The translations under genes and the position numbers were made by a program. Shown here piece after piece: positions 1 through 12,569 of a stretch of 64,000 nucleotides of DNA. Within the stretch, counting starts at the first letter, position 1. Each line of letters opens with the position of its first letter. The stretch is taken from NCBI GenBank assembly GCA_043228905.1, contig JBHGNT010000007.1, positions 5,952,001-6,016,000 of the forward strand. Direction: 5' to 3'. The notes under the pieces were generated by a model, which had not been told where the DNA came from, did no database searches, and saw nothing but the letters and a program-made list of their open reading frames with translations. Origin of the DNA: Azolla caroliniana. Lineage: Eukaryota > Plantae > Polypodiophyta.

Positions 1-1500
1 CATGCAACTAACTCTAACCCTTGGACCACTGTATGAGTGCCACCCACCTTGTCCTCTGTGTGCAAAGTCATGTTAAAATCCCCTGCAAGAATCCACGTAT
101 CTGCAAATGGCAAGCCATCAACCAATTGCCTCCAAAAAGGGGCCTACAAAGTTGATGAATTAGGTGCATACACATTTATTATCCCAACTATACATTGATG
201 CCATCTGACAGTCACATAAATGGCATGTCCCTCCACTATGGTGTCCTGACCCATGACAACAATATCCGGATTGTTCCTAATAGATGTACAAACACCTCCT
301 TTTCTACCATGCTCACCCTCAATTGGGGACCAAAAAGTATGCCAATCCCCCTCAAGAGGATTGCCAATACTCAAGATTCTGTCCGCACTCAAATGATGCT
401 CTTGCAAGAGCAAAATGTCCGGGATCCCCTTAAAGCACGGGGATTTGAACTCTTGACGGAAGTTCTTCCTTTCCATCATGCATTTGCTTCCACCAAGACC
501 TTGTATGTTCCACGTGATTAATTTCATGAAATCAATTGTGAGGTCTCCCAAGAAGGACAAAGTCCCTCCCCCTGAGTCCATGCCCAACCTCCCTCATTGA
601 TCTTCTCCCATCCTAACACCACATCCTGCCTTATATCTTCTTCCAGTTCCTCCTCATGGAAGTGTAACACCTCATCGAGGGAGTCTACCTTCTCCTCTAG
701 GCATAGTAGTAGTTGCTTTTTAATGCAAGCATTGTTGAAACTCCCACATATCATTCCAACATTCATCCACATCGACATCCACTCATCCCCACTCAAGGTG
801 ATTGGCATGTTGTTAAAGTATTTGTGCGCCTTGACTTCTATGGAGCTAGATATCCGTGGCATGTTGCTAGCCGAAACCTCCAGGTCCATCAGGCCAAATG
901 AGAAGCCTACTTTCGTCAACTTGTTTTGTTCAGCAATAATCACATAAACCCTCAGCCCTAGGGCTTCCTCATGACACAAATCAGTCAGTCTCGTGAGAGC
1001 CTGCTGGCTAAACTTGCACCCCATGCCTAGTGTGCCCCTTTCCAATCTTTTGGACCTAACAAAATTGACAGAAACTCTGACAGGTGCCTCCCTACTTACT
1101 TGTCGCGACTCTTGCGGCTTCTGAAATTCGGAAGTGGTGGATGATCTTTCTTGACATCTCCCATTGCATAACCATTTTTTCATTGCTCTCAATCCAATAC
1201 TTCCACTTTTACCAATGGAGGAGGGGGAGATCATGACATTTTCTTGTCTGAGCTGTGTATTGTTTAGGAAGACATCGGGTGTGCACGCTACCACCTCTTC
1301 CACATTAGTTGTCCTTTGATCCTGTAATAGGACCTCCTCTTCTTGCAACACTTCAAAACGATTCCTCAAATCTACATGAGGTGAAGCTATGTTTCCTTCT
1401 TGTTCCAATCCATTTTTACGTCCCAAAACAAGAGTCCAAACGTTGGCATTACCCCTTCAAGACACTTTTAACAAATGAAAACAATCAATGAAATTCACAA
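1..1500 (-). mobile_element. Degenerate L1-type LINE, ORF1 3' part plus start of ORF2 (APE endonuclease); runs off the window start
   Basis: ORF2 begins MKLITWNIQGLGG at 527, with LLLQEH, INVYAPN and, past an in-frame TAG at 144-146, WILAGDFN: APE motifs. The ORF1 stop (524-526) overlaps the ORF2 ATG (ATGA). Confidence 0.85.
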
Positions 1501-2060
1501 ATTGAAAATCATTAGCCAACGAGTGGATTGAGAAGAGCACAAGAGAATGCATTGACTCCGCAAAAATTGTGAACACCAACCTCACCAAGGGTCCAACAAA
1601 AAATGAAGAGTGGATTTCGTGCATTTCGACCTACTTCATCGAAGAATCAAAGAACCTCAGTGTAAGAAGCAAACATAATCCCCACCATGGCAAACAAAAG
1701 AGATTGATAATGTCTTGTTTATACACTTAACAGTCAACAATATGATTGCTTAAAAATTTATCAAAAAGGTTGTTTGTTAGTACTTATCCAATATAACATC
1801 ATGAATACATAAGCGTTCACAATAGTGCAAGACCAAGAAAAAGGAGATAAAACAAAATTGAGTCAAGAGCTTTAGGCCAAATGGTTGTCCCAATGTGAAA
1901 GCAGACAACATTTTTGTAAGTGAGATGTAAAAGTTGCTTTTGTGACTATGTGGTTTTATTGTTGGATCTTTAATTTTCTCTCTCTCATTTAACCTAACCT
2001 AGAGCTCTCTCCTACCTTTTTTATCACATTGTGGTGTACTTGTGTTCCTTTGTGCCACCC

Positions 2061-2150
2061 TTTTAGCACACCTTTTTTAGCATGCATGTAGCTAAGCCAC
2101 CCACCCTTTTTAGCACACCCTTCTTAGCACGCATGTAGCTAAGCCAACCC
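2061..2150. repeat. Local tandem duplication, ~46 bp x2
   Basis: ttttagcacacc..ttagca(t/c)gcatgtagctaagcca occurs twice in succession. Confidence 0.7.
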
Positions 2151-3159
2151 AAATGGGTACCTTTGTATCGACGATAAATTGAGCAAGTGACATCAAGGAG
2201 TAAGAAGCTAAGTGGGCTGGTTTTGATCTCTTTATGTGCATTTAACACAATATATTTTGTAGTCAGTTGAGTGGTTAGGGTTCATTGCTATTAACCAAAC
2301 CATAATCACTCCTTTTGTACATGTCATGTGGATTTCTCTACTTAATTGTGGTGTGGTTAGTGATATCATGTTAGTATCTTTCTCTTATGTGTGCATATAC
2401 TTAGCATTTAGCTCTCATAAGGAATTAGTTAACTTCGTAATTAGAGTTGGTGAAGTGTGAGTGAGGGTTTGCAAGGCTAGAGTAAATTATGCTAGCAAGT
2501 CAAGAGCAATTGACAACTGCTCTCACCCGACTTGCCATCAATAGGATATACTGCGACCCAAACTCTTTGATCAATGATACCAACATGGTGATACAACTCT
2601 GACAATATAAAGATGTGCAGTCGACATGAACACCTCAAGTCAACACACCAATCCAACCATTGTTAGTGTTTGAAGATTTTGCATGGGGGGAATTGCATCG
2701 CATTGTCATTTAAGAAAAAGTCAAGCTAAATTGTATTTTCAAAGGAAGAGTCAACTATATCTCATTGTCAAAGGAAGAGTCAAACCACATCGCATTGTCA
2801 ACAATCCCAAGAATAGTCCAATGTACATTTGAGAGAACTAGATGTTGAAGCACACTCCACACAAATACATTAGCATGTATTACCCTTATGCATGTTGGGT
2901 ACAATGATAACATATGCTAGCAGAAGAAATTGCAACACTAAAAGGGCATAAAGAATGGATGAGTACTAAAACAAGAACTAAAGAAGCAACCGAGAGTCAT
3001 GGTCCTTGATTGAATGATCTCCAACTAGAAGCAATTGAGCGTCGTGGTCCTCATATAGTGGTGGCGTGGTTCACAAATTGTTCGAGCAAAGAGTCAAAAT
3101 TTTGAATACTCATATGGCATGGCTTTGATGGCCACAAGCCAATTCAAGAGACTTCTAAT

Positions 3160-4700
3160 GGAACCATGGAAATATTTGGAAACAAAATACAAGATTGTCC
3201 AACCTTTTGCATCCTTTAAAGGGGAGAGCGTAATATGATCAATTTTGTGGAAAAATATCTATGTTTTGATTTAAAGGGGAGAGCATAATATGATCTTTGA
3301 CTAACTTTTACCGCATGTATATTAAAATGTAGGATTATTCTATAGCACACATAAACATGGAGACCATAAACAAAGTTGACGCAATAAGTCTGTGATAGTC
3401 ATCATTAATACAATGATATCTTAAATAATCTGAAAGTATGGAGACAAATCACAAAAACTCATATCTAACCTGCATCTCCGTGGTATGTTCGAAGCATATC
3501 GCATACACATGCTACAAAGAGATATTTGGTTGGGTACGACAAAACAAATGCTACATTTAATTAGATATGTTACAATAATGACAATTGTTTGGATAAGCTA
3601 CACTCAAGTACATACACCAACACTAGTGCATATTTATAGAATATTCAAATTAAAGAATTATTACCACTTGTCAACTCCCAACAATAGTTAGTGTTTCTTA
3701 ATTCCCATGGTAATTAAATATATAATAAGGTTGCTTTCACACAAAATATGCTTTACAACAATCCCCTTTTAAAATACTATGGGCGGAAAGTAGTTTTATT
3801 GCTTTCACACTCATATCTCCTTATCTTTTACCACTTTCCCTCTTCTCCTTTCGTATAAATGACAAATAAATATAAAAGTAACATTTCTCTCTTTCTCTTC
3901 TTGATGTGGTGTAGGAAAATGGAGAAACATATATTTCTTCTTAGCCATGAAGGACAGGAGTTCACAGTCGTCAAATGGAAGGATAACGGCTACAAGCTCA
4001 CTTTACTTAGATTCTCTAAACTTTTGCTTTAGATGTTCCATTAGGTATCATCACGATATTCAATAATAATGATTCAAGCATATCTATTGAATGAATGCAC
4101 ATATAAACTCTATGCATGATCAAATTCATCGGATGTGAATGTATAATAACATCATCATGAATACCCAATGCTTAGTAGTAGCACATTTGGTGTGTTGGAG
4201 TAAAATTTTCCAATGAAACATCGTGCATATGGTTTTTCGAGGTAATGAGGTAAGGGAAAAGTAGAACAGAAATGGCAAATGAGAAGCGTGCCACTTCCTA
4301 GTGAGTGTGCAGTCTTCGTGGGTCACTAGGTAGCAAATATAAATTTGAATACGAGGGGCCTCAAAGGGAGGTAACTAGTGGCTAGGCTAAGTAGTGGATC
4401 TTGGAGTGCTTGCAATATCGAGGAAAAGAGCACTAGATTATGGAATTTGCACATATGATAGACATCTACTCTACAAGCAAGGATTCTAATCTTAATGACA
4501 AGGATGAGGGAAGCAAAAAAAACATATATTGAAAGTTGGTAAAATATGATGGAACACAAATAAAAAACATGAATGGAAATTTGAGATTTATCGATCATAA
4601 CTTTAGGACTTTTAAGCTCTAAGTGCAAACCCTCTTTATAAAGCTCTACAATAAATCAAACAAATGGCAAAACCCCTCACTCATGCGTGGTTTTGGCTAG
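3160..4700 (+). repeat. Diverged repeat, left copy; an inverted homologue lies at ~12570-16460
   Basis: Colinear reverse-complement blocks, e.g. tatataataaggttgctttcacacaaaat (~3719) vs ~15845-15873; aaagggaggtaactagtggctag (~4363) vs ~12843-12865; cacataaacatggaga (~3348) vs ~16260-16275. Confidence 0.75.
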
Positions 4701-6249
4701 GATATCCTAAACATGCTATGTGATTCACTAGTTTAAGTTGAAGGGTTCAATGCCAAGGTTGTGGGTTAAATTTTCTTTTAAATTGATTCGGAACCAAATG
4801 GCCATCTACAAAAATTAGACAAAAACAAATCAATTGAATGAAATCACTAGCAAAGCATAAGCATTGAAACATGGTTATAATTCTAAGCAAAATATAGTGT
4901 TTTAGCATATAGCATAACTTTATGACATTGTGAACAGTTAAGTGTTGATTCGAGCTCAGAAAATTGGTGAACTCATTCACCAAAATAGTGGGGAACAAAA
5001 TCCCACAAACAAAAAACATTGATTTTGGGACTTTTGAATATCTTGGCCACTTCACCAAGTGTAGGTAGTTGGATTCTAAGACCAATATTCTTATCATTTT
5101 GACAATCTTGAAGAGACCCTATAAGAATACAGATCTTTTCCATGTTCTAATTGTAACATCCTCTTGTTTTCCATATCATCCATGTATTTGAACACATGCT
5201 TAAATAGAAATACTCCAAGAATTCATGAGAATAAAAACATGTCATGTCTCGATTCCTAATACTGTGTCCTTGATGAACAAGAATCACCCTTGTCTTTTCA
5301 AACTGAATAGGACATGAGCATGCTTGCTGTTTTCATGTGCTAAGTGTGTACTCAAGGCTTGTTTCTCATAACATGTTTTACAGTCTCCCTCATACCTTGC
5401 ATCAAAATCGTCTCTTCATCCCTCTGATACTTGCAAGATTTTGCATCCTTGTGTTACCCCAATCTGGTCCCAATCCTTTTTATTTGCTTGTTTACATAGA
5501 AGCAAATCTATGCATTTTTTGTGACAACTTATTTGCTAGTTTATATTCAAGCAAATCTATCGATTTTATGTCACAAATACACAAAGATTATACTAGAAAA
5601 TATGACAAGCATATATTGGGACCAAGACTAGCAGCAATTGTACAGCTTCTATTGTATCTAAAACTAATATTATTTTGATTTTGAGTTTTGTGCGTGTGAG
5701 AGGGAACCAATCTCAAAAAACACATCACATTGTGTAATGACGAAAATACTACACTAAAGTGATTGTGATCCACTTGCCGCAAATACAAAGTGCATATCCA
5801 TTCCTAAGCAGAAACCTGTGTGTGTGCCATTGAGGTATCATATGCCTATCATTCCAATTCAACAGCATCAAGTAATACTCTTTATTTGGGCGATAAATTA
5901 ACTTCATCAATATCTGCATTTCTTTGATCCCAAATGGAATTTGATTCTATTAAGCTTCATGTTGAAACACTTGTTTGTAATTTTCTTCAATTGCTGGTAT
6001 CTTTCCAAAATCCTTCATCAAGATGGCAAATGATCATTCATAACCTTATCCTTTGAAAGCATACAATATAGTCTGTATATATATCATTATCAAAGAAAAT
6101 ACTAGGAATACAACAACCTGATCAAACAAGGAATCAGCTTGCATACAGAAACTTACCAGCTAAATAAAATAGTCATTTGTTTGTTTCCTGATATAACTAC
6201 ACAAATCTGTCTATGTTAATGGCATATACACCAAGTGTTTAATGAAGGA

Positions 6250-6420
6250 TATGTATATATAGATATATATGGGTGTGATAAGATACATACATACACACAT
6301 ATATATGCACGTATATGTATGTGTATGTGTATATATATGTAGGTATGCATGCATGTATGTATGTATGTATGTATGTATGTATGTATATGTATGTTTGTAT
6401 GTATGTATATATGTATATAT
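6250..6420. repeat. Compound (TA)/(TATG)/(CA) microsatellite downstream of ARF
   Basis: Direct inspection of gtatgtatgtatg runs. Confidence 0.9.
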
Positions 6421-6615
6421 AGCTGCATACGCAATGCAGTTAGATGCAAAAACTGGCAAGGTGACCGGATGACATTATCACTCTGCTTAAGAAAAATGTC
6501 AAGAAAAACATCGGAAAAACGTATTGACCCGAAATTCTCCATTGCTTTGCTTCCAAGTTGCATATACATAACCATGAGATCAGGTATACGCAAAGGAAAG
6601 TTTAGCCATGTGTAA

Positions 6616-9600
6616 TCAACCCATCAATAGCCCCTCCTCACGTGCACTAGATCCATTCTTCTTCTTGATTTCTTCTGGGCTTATGATATATAGCTTCTTA
6701 ACCATACGAGAGAATTCCCTGTACATAAAAAAGTGATTGTATATGTATACATATAACTATTTCGCATAAACAATGTTACTGCCTCTATTTCCCTGAATGT
6801 GAAAGGATAAGATATAAGAATATAATAAAAAAAGGGTGAATGAAGTGGTTTTACTTACATCCAAGGATCATCTCCAACCTGCATAGTATCTCCTTCTCTG
6901 TCACTATACACTACTTTCCACCCTGTTGTAGGGTCTGTGAGCTGTCCTTTCATGTTGAACATGGATTCCAGATCCTCCAGCAAGCTTGTATAGTTATCAA
7001 ATTTAGTCAAGTCGATTCCTCGTCCCACTCTGCTTCCTTTCTTAATCACCTATACAGGGAAGGTCACAATGAAAAGATAGCTATTAGGAAGTGAGTGAGA
7101 CATGAATAGTAGATGATAGATGGTAGGTGATGATGGTAGATGGAGATGGTAGATTATTCTGTTTCCGTAGATGCTATGCAATCCAACACTGAATTCAACT
7201 ACTAACCTTAATTCGACTCCTTGTCCTGGGGTTGTTGCACGACTCTGTGACATTCCATTCTGGTTCTGGTTTTTCAGGCTCAGATGAGGCATCTGACTTT
7301 ATGAGTCTCGACAATTCAACAATAGGTTCATTAATAGCAATATTATCTATTGAATGGCCAGAAACAATGTGCTTGATGACAGGAACACTAACAATGCGAG
7401 CAGGGGTGCTAGTCAAAGATATTCCAAATAACTTGCATCCACTGGTCTCTGTAGGAGGTATTGGTGGTGATGGAAGGGAAGCATTAGCATTTCCTACCAT
7501 ATGACTATCTATAATCTTCTCAGGTTGTTGTACGGATGCCTCCCATGATGCAAATAGGGGGTTAGGATATAGTAGGTGATGTTTACTTCCCTGCACATTT
7601 CCTGTTACAAGGGACCTATCTTGGCCCGTAAGCCATGTTAGAGAAACTTCATTCGGAATGGTACTGGTTGCCCATGCTGACCCATGACCACCATGGCTAT
7701 TTAGGCTTGAGCTCAGTAATTGCATTCGGCTCATTTCACTAGAGACACCTCCCATGTGCTGTTGGTGATGGTGTTGTGCTTGATGATGTTGTGGCTTATG
7801 TTGTCGCAGAACATGCATACAGGGCAAGTTATTATTCAGGCTTTCTTGCAATGTCCTTGATGACCATGTCTCATGTAGACTAGATTCCATATTCCCCATG
7901 TTGCTTCGACTCGAAGGTTCTTCACCTTGCAAGTCCCTTGGATTCATTAGCTGAGTATTAGAGGGTTTCCCACAATCTGAAAACAAAATAAAACATGGTT
8001 CAATCCACATAACATCTACATTCTGTGCCTAAATATGGAAGACCTACGTATGAAGGTGTGCTGCATCAACTTAAAATGCAGTAAGAGTTAGAAAGGTCCT
8101 TTACTTTGTGATCCTGGGAATTCTGTTAAAATCATAGTAGGGGATGATGATGGCTGGCGGACACGCTTATTACGGACCAGATGGAGTGAGGGATTCATGA
8201 CCGGAGAAGAGTGAGAAGCACTGGGTATCTCAATTTCCCAAGGCGATACTCTGTCTGGACGCTCCTTAATGTTGCTTGTGAGCTCATCCCATTTCACCTT
8301 AACTGACCGCCATTTCGAGTCCGGCCAGTTGGTAGTATCCAATCCTTCAATTCCCATTACGGTACCCGCACAACTATAATTTACATGAATCAACATAATG
8401 CTTAATCATAATAATAACTCATGTATGCTTCATGAGGTACAGAGAATGGAATATACCTCTTCGGGTCAGATGCATCCTCTGCCTCAAATTTCATCTTGAA
8501 TCTCATCCCAACTGATAAGCTTAGTGATGCCACTTTGGATAATTTCTCCACTGGGACAAGGAATGCAGAATAAAGGTTCAGTCTGTAAAAATAGACAGAT
8601 ATGGCCATTTAAGACATCAGATACTACTAGAGTGGGGTCAAACAGGACAAACTTTGGAGCTATTCTACAGCTAAATCTGCCTTTCTTCCAAAACTCTTTG
8701 GCTATTTCGATTTGGAGGAGCATTTCAGAATAATTTTGGCTATTTCGACAACCAGTCAAATAAGGAACAAGTAAGAAACATCAGGAAAAAATAGCTAAAT
8801 ATTGTGAAGATTAGCCGAAATTTCCATACTACATAGGGTTTACCAACAATGTATAAATTCATTTTCATCCAAAACCACTTACATTTGGTAAGGCCCAGGA
8901 TAGTCTTATTTATTAATGTTTTATAACCCTGGTGCTACTACTAGAAGAGGATGACTTGCCTTGGTTTATAGAAGACGGAGAAGATGGTACGAGTCATGAT
9001 AGCATGGTTTGCTGTAGCAACCACGCCCATGTGCATGCTGTGGCTTGACATCACAGCCTGTTGGTTGCTCTGTTGACATTTTGCCCTCCTGATGCCAACT
9101 CTAAGCTCTCCATTCTCCCCCCTAGAGCATTGATTTCAATATCTCCATCACATTATGTTAAGCATTAAGAGAATTAGGGGAAAATTCTGGAATACCCCCC
9201 AAATTTATCTTTTCATTTCCCCCAAAACTTCTAAGATTTTGCCATTTCCACAAATGCCCTTGAAACCCCTTTTCCCACTTACGTTCCCGTTTTGCTCTGT
9301 ATGTGTTGATCAGAAGCATTGTTAGGGAAATAAAGATGAACTCGGAGGGAAAAGCTAAAAATAACTAACAAAACCACCAGGTAGCTTATAAGATGGATCT
9401 ATAATAGACTAATTACCTTAGAAAAATCACAGCATCCCCTGCTAACAGTCTTTTGTTGCTCACAAAGACACTCCAACCGGTCGTTAACAAGTGCCTCCTA
9501 GGATGACCTGAGTTTCACACCAGTAAAACAGTGTATAAGAGCTCCAAGAGAGAAAGAAATGTCAACAGCCAATCTGACCATAGTTTATGGCTGTGTCAAC

Positions 9601-11193
9601 TGTTTGAAGAACGTCATTAGCTCAATACACCAATTATAACATGTAGTTTACGAGAATTGATATATGATGTAACAAAGATTTGTGAAACTAGGGATTTGAA
9701 CGCACCACATTGTGGTGATAACCTAAGTGCTTACCACTGAATCAGCTCATTCCAAAATAAGGAGTAAAAGGGGAGATTTTGTTTCGTTAAAAAATAGCAA
9801 TACCACGGAATGTGTGTCGGAACTTCCATTCGTGCCCATGGAGGTCCTTAGCAACGAGGTCTTGACTAGGAGGGTCTTGTGACATATCCTGACAGAGATA
9901 TCATACAGAGATCAAAATTTTGATGCCAGTAGATTCAGAACAATGAAGAGATAGCGAGAAATCATTTCCGATATGGCTATACAGCATTCCTGTGTTTTTG
10001 CCTTATGAATCAGTAATGTCTTGATTAAATACCAGTGGAGGAAGGCATTCTTCAGCATGCTTCCTGTGTACAGAGAAGCCACCGTGGGTGCTCGTGTCAG
10101 AGGCGGTGAGTATCTTGATAAACCTTCGCATGCTCAGAGAGCTTGCAGATCTGACCTGATGAGGAGGATGAGCTAGGGTGGACTCGGTGTAAGCTTGCTC
10201 TGTTACACTACTGGTGGTTTTATCAATTGGGTCTCCAACGACCTTGTCACAAATATTACAACCTCAAATCCTTAACAGTAACCACCACAAACTGGCTTCT
10301 AGGTTCAAATCCTTAAAAGAACAACAACGAAATACCTCATCTGACAAAGCTATGGGTAGAAGAGAGATCTGGGCATACACTTCATCTGTGTCAAGTTCAG
10401 CCTGTCATATGTACATATACTCAATTAGGGTTCAATTCACGTCTGAGAAATCATCAACGCTGATATATATATATATATATATGATGTACTAAAAACTCAT
10501 TTATTTACACTGAGAGATCTGTGCACAACACGGCAGAGTATTTGAGAATCCAATCCTGCAGAGTTTGGGAGCTTCTTCTTGTTCTCGTTATCATCATCAT
10601 TCTTATTCTTCTGATCATGGGTGCTAATCATTTCACTCGGTAATTGCTGATGATCTGTTGATGCAGCCACCTGATGGCCCAACCATAATTGGAATTAGTT
10701 TTCTTTTTTACTATATAAACCCCAACCTTAAAACCCCCTAAAGCATTACATACATAAATTACATATAATTACTTAGCAAAGATTAATTACCAAAGTACAA
10801 AAAATAACTAATGCTAAAAACATTAAAAGAATGTGTGATTATTCTTCTGAACCTGTTCCATGTGTCCCTGAGGGAAATACCAGACCATTTCTCCAGCTTT
10901 GGGTACATGAACCAAAGGTCCTGCACACTCCTGCCAAAGCTCCTCAGAATGCTCTAACCCTGAAGCATAAATTGGGATTCAGATTCAGAGAGAAGTACTT
11001 ATATCAAACCAAAATAATCAGAATAGTAAACAGAAATAGTGGAAAATAGTTGGCTTTTAATACATATACCTGCACCATTATGGTTGTCGTGGAGAGGAGG
11101 ATAGCTTACATTAGAATGCATTTGGATGAATGGGGGAGGAGAGAAGTCATGAGCACAAGGAGAACCAGGTCTGTAATTGAAGTTACAAGCCAT
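6616..11193 (-). CDS. ARF: Auxin response factor, class B (repressor type): B3/dimerisation DBD, middle region, PB1; 13 exons
   Basis: Exons: 11070-11193, 10853-10959, 10509-10670, 10336-10401, 10033-10242, 9804-9888, 9417-9507, 8960-9121, 8457-8582, 8105-8373, 7207-7976, 6859-7049, 6616-6718; phases are consistent. Motifs: [74 protein letters not shown] (K/RLFG repression motif) and PB1 [14 protein letters not shown]. Confidence 0.93.
7918..7938 (-). promoter_or_regulatory. Degenerate tasiR-ARF (TAS3) target-like site in ARF CDS
   Basis: mRNA AGGGACUUGCAAGGUGAAGAA (RDLQGEE) resembles the canonical AAGGUCUUGCAAGGUCAAGAA (KVLQGQE). Confidence 0.55.
9688..9752 (-). repeat. tRNA-derived (SINE-head-like) remnant in an ARF intron
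   Basis: Minus strand reads gagctgattcagtggtaagcac...gtgcgttcaaatccc, with A-box-like and B-box-like motifs. Confidence 0.4.
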
Positions 11194-11344
11194 GGAGAAG
11201 CTTGAGGGAGACAAAGAAGAGAAAGGAGAAGGAGAAGAAGCAGCAGAAGAAGAAGGAACTGATTAAAGAAGGGGGGCTTGCCAACATAGTTTGCTATATA
11301 ACAAGGTGTAGCTATTTACCAAAGAGGTTCCATTGAAGGTCCAT
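11183..11344 (-). promoter_or_regulatory. Putative uORFs in the ARF 5' leader
   Basis: MDLQWNLFGK* (11344-11312), nested MEPLW*, and a 34-aa uORF (11287-11183) overlapping the main ATG out of frame. The TSS is unknown. Confidence 0.5.
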
Positions 11345-11585
11345 GGCTATGGTGGAGGGGATGTCCAAGAACAAACAAACACAAAGAAACAGAGACAGAG
11401 ACAGAGACAGAGAGAAGCAGAGGATAGAGAGTGAGAGCAGGAGGAGAGGAGAGGAGAGAAAGAAAGAAAGAATGAGGAAGTATTATTCCTTTCATAAGTT
11501 TTTTCTTTTTATCATTTTTCCTTCATACTTAATTTACCTTATCCAATGACCCCTCCCAATAAGAAAATGACCTTGAGAACCACAA

Positions 11586-11587
<2 letters not shown>

Positions 11588-11620
<33 letters not shown>

Positions 11621-11653
11621 TCTGGTAAGGCAAGGCAAGGCAAGGCAAGGCAG
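11588..11653. repeat. (CA)n and (GGCAA)n microsatellites upstream of ARF
   Basis: Direct inspection. Confidence 0.9.
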
Positions 11654-12569
11654 GGGGGGTGTGTGGGGGTGTCGGACTCGCCATATGCCCCACCCACTCT
11701 GACACCATGTAGTTGTTAGTATATACCTCACTATCGGCTCCCCAGACAACATGCCATACCCACCCTACCTGGTCCCACGCTCCTTGCTCTCGTCCGCCCG
11801 AGAGAGGAGGCACGATTCGCTCCGAAGCAATCCGCGATACCCACAGTATATATGTATATATATATAATTGGGCAGCCCCACTTGGATGGATGGAGTAAAG
11901 CTTTACTTTGCTTTGGAGGGTGTTGTTGTGAGAGCAAGCGGGGAGGATGAGGCACACAGATGAGAAATACTGGCTTCTATCTCATCTCCCCCCCCCCCCC
12001 CTTCTCCCCCCAATCCTCTAGCTGAACAAGACAAGATGGTGAACAAAAGGTACACCACTTGGAGGAAACTTTTACTTGGAGGGATGAAGGGACAATGTGG
12101 TGGGGACATTTTTTTGTCAGTTAGGTTGTGTCTGTAAGCTTCACCTAATCGGCGTGGTGAACCACCACTGTTGTTTCGCTTGTTCGTGTTGAAGTTCATA
12201 TCAACCCCCACCTTGAAATATATAGAGCATTAGCGCATAACCCTACCTAGGATTCACAGACATTTCAAATAGAGTCATATTATTACAAACTAAGAAATAG
12301 GTCTATCGGAGCAGAGGCTCGTTAACTATTACGTACTTCCATTAGTAAAAGAAAATAATTCCATGACTAAAGTCTAAGCATTGGATTTCCTTTGTATCTT
12401 ATGAATCTTATTTTGAGTTTTGCAACTTGTACTTGTCCATGTCCATCTTAATATGTACATACTCAAAAAGTTCAAGATCAAATTGGGATTTGGGATTTCC
12501 TCAAATAACCATTATTGTGTCGTTAGTTAGACTACTTGGAAAACCCACTCCACAATCCCTCGCAAAACA

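Noticed and set aside
4740-5560. Possible Copia remnant (TKNIDF-like and DSCSSR-like peptides)
   Set aside because: Motifs are weak and on opposite strands; cannot be supported by eye.
6211-6615. ORFs rich in YIHT/MYVC
   Set aside because: Translations of the TATG/CA microsatellite.
7840-7860. Second tasiR-ARF site (RTLQES)
   Set aside because: Only a short TTGCAAG core matches; too many mismatches.
8620-8860. MITE-like segment in an ARF intron
   Set aside because: No matching TIR pair or TSD identified.
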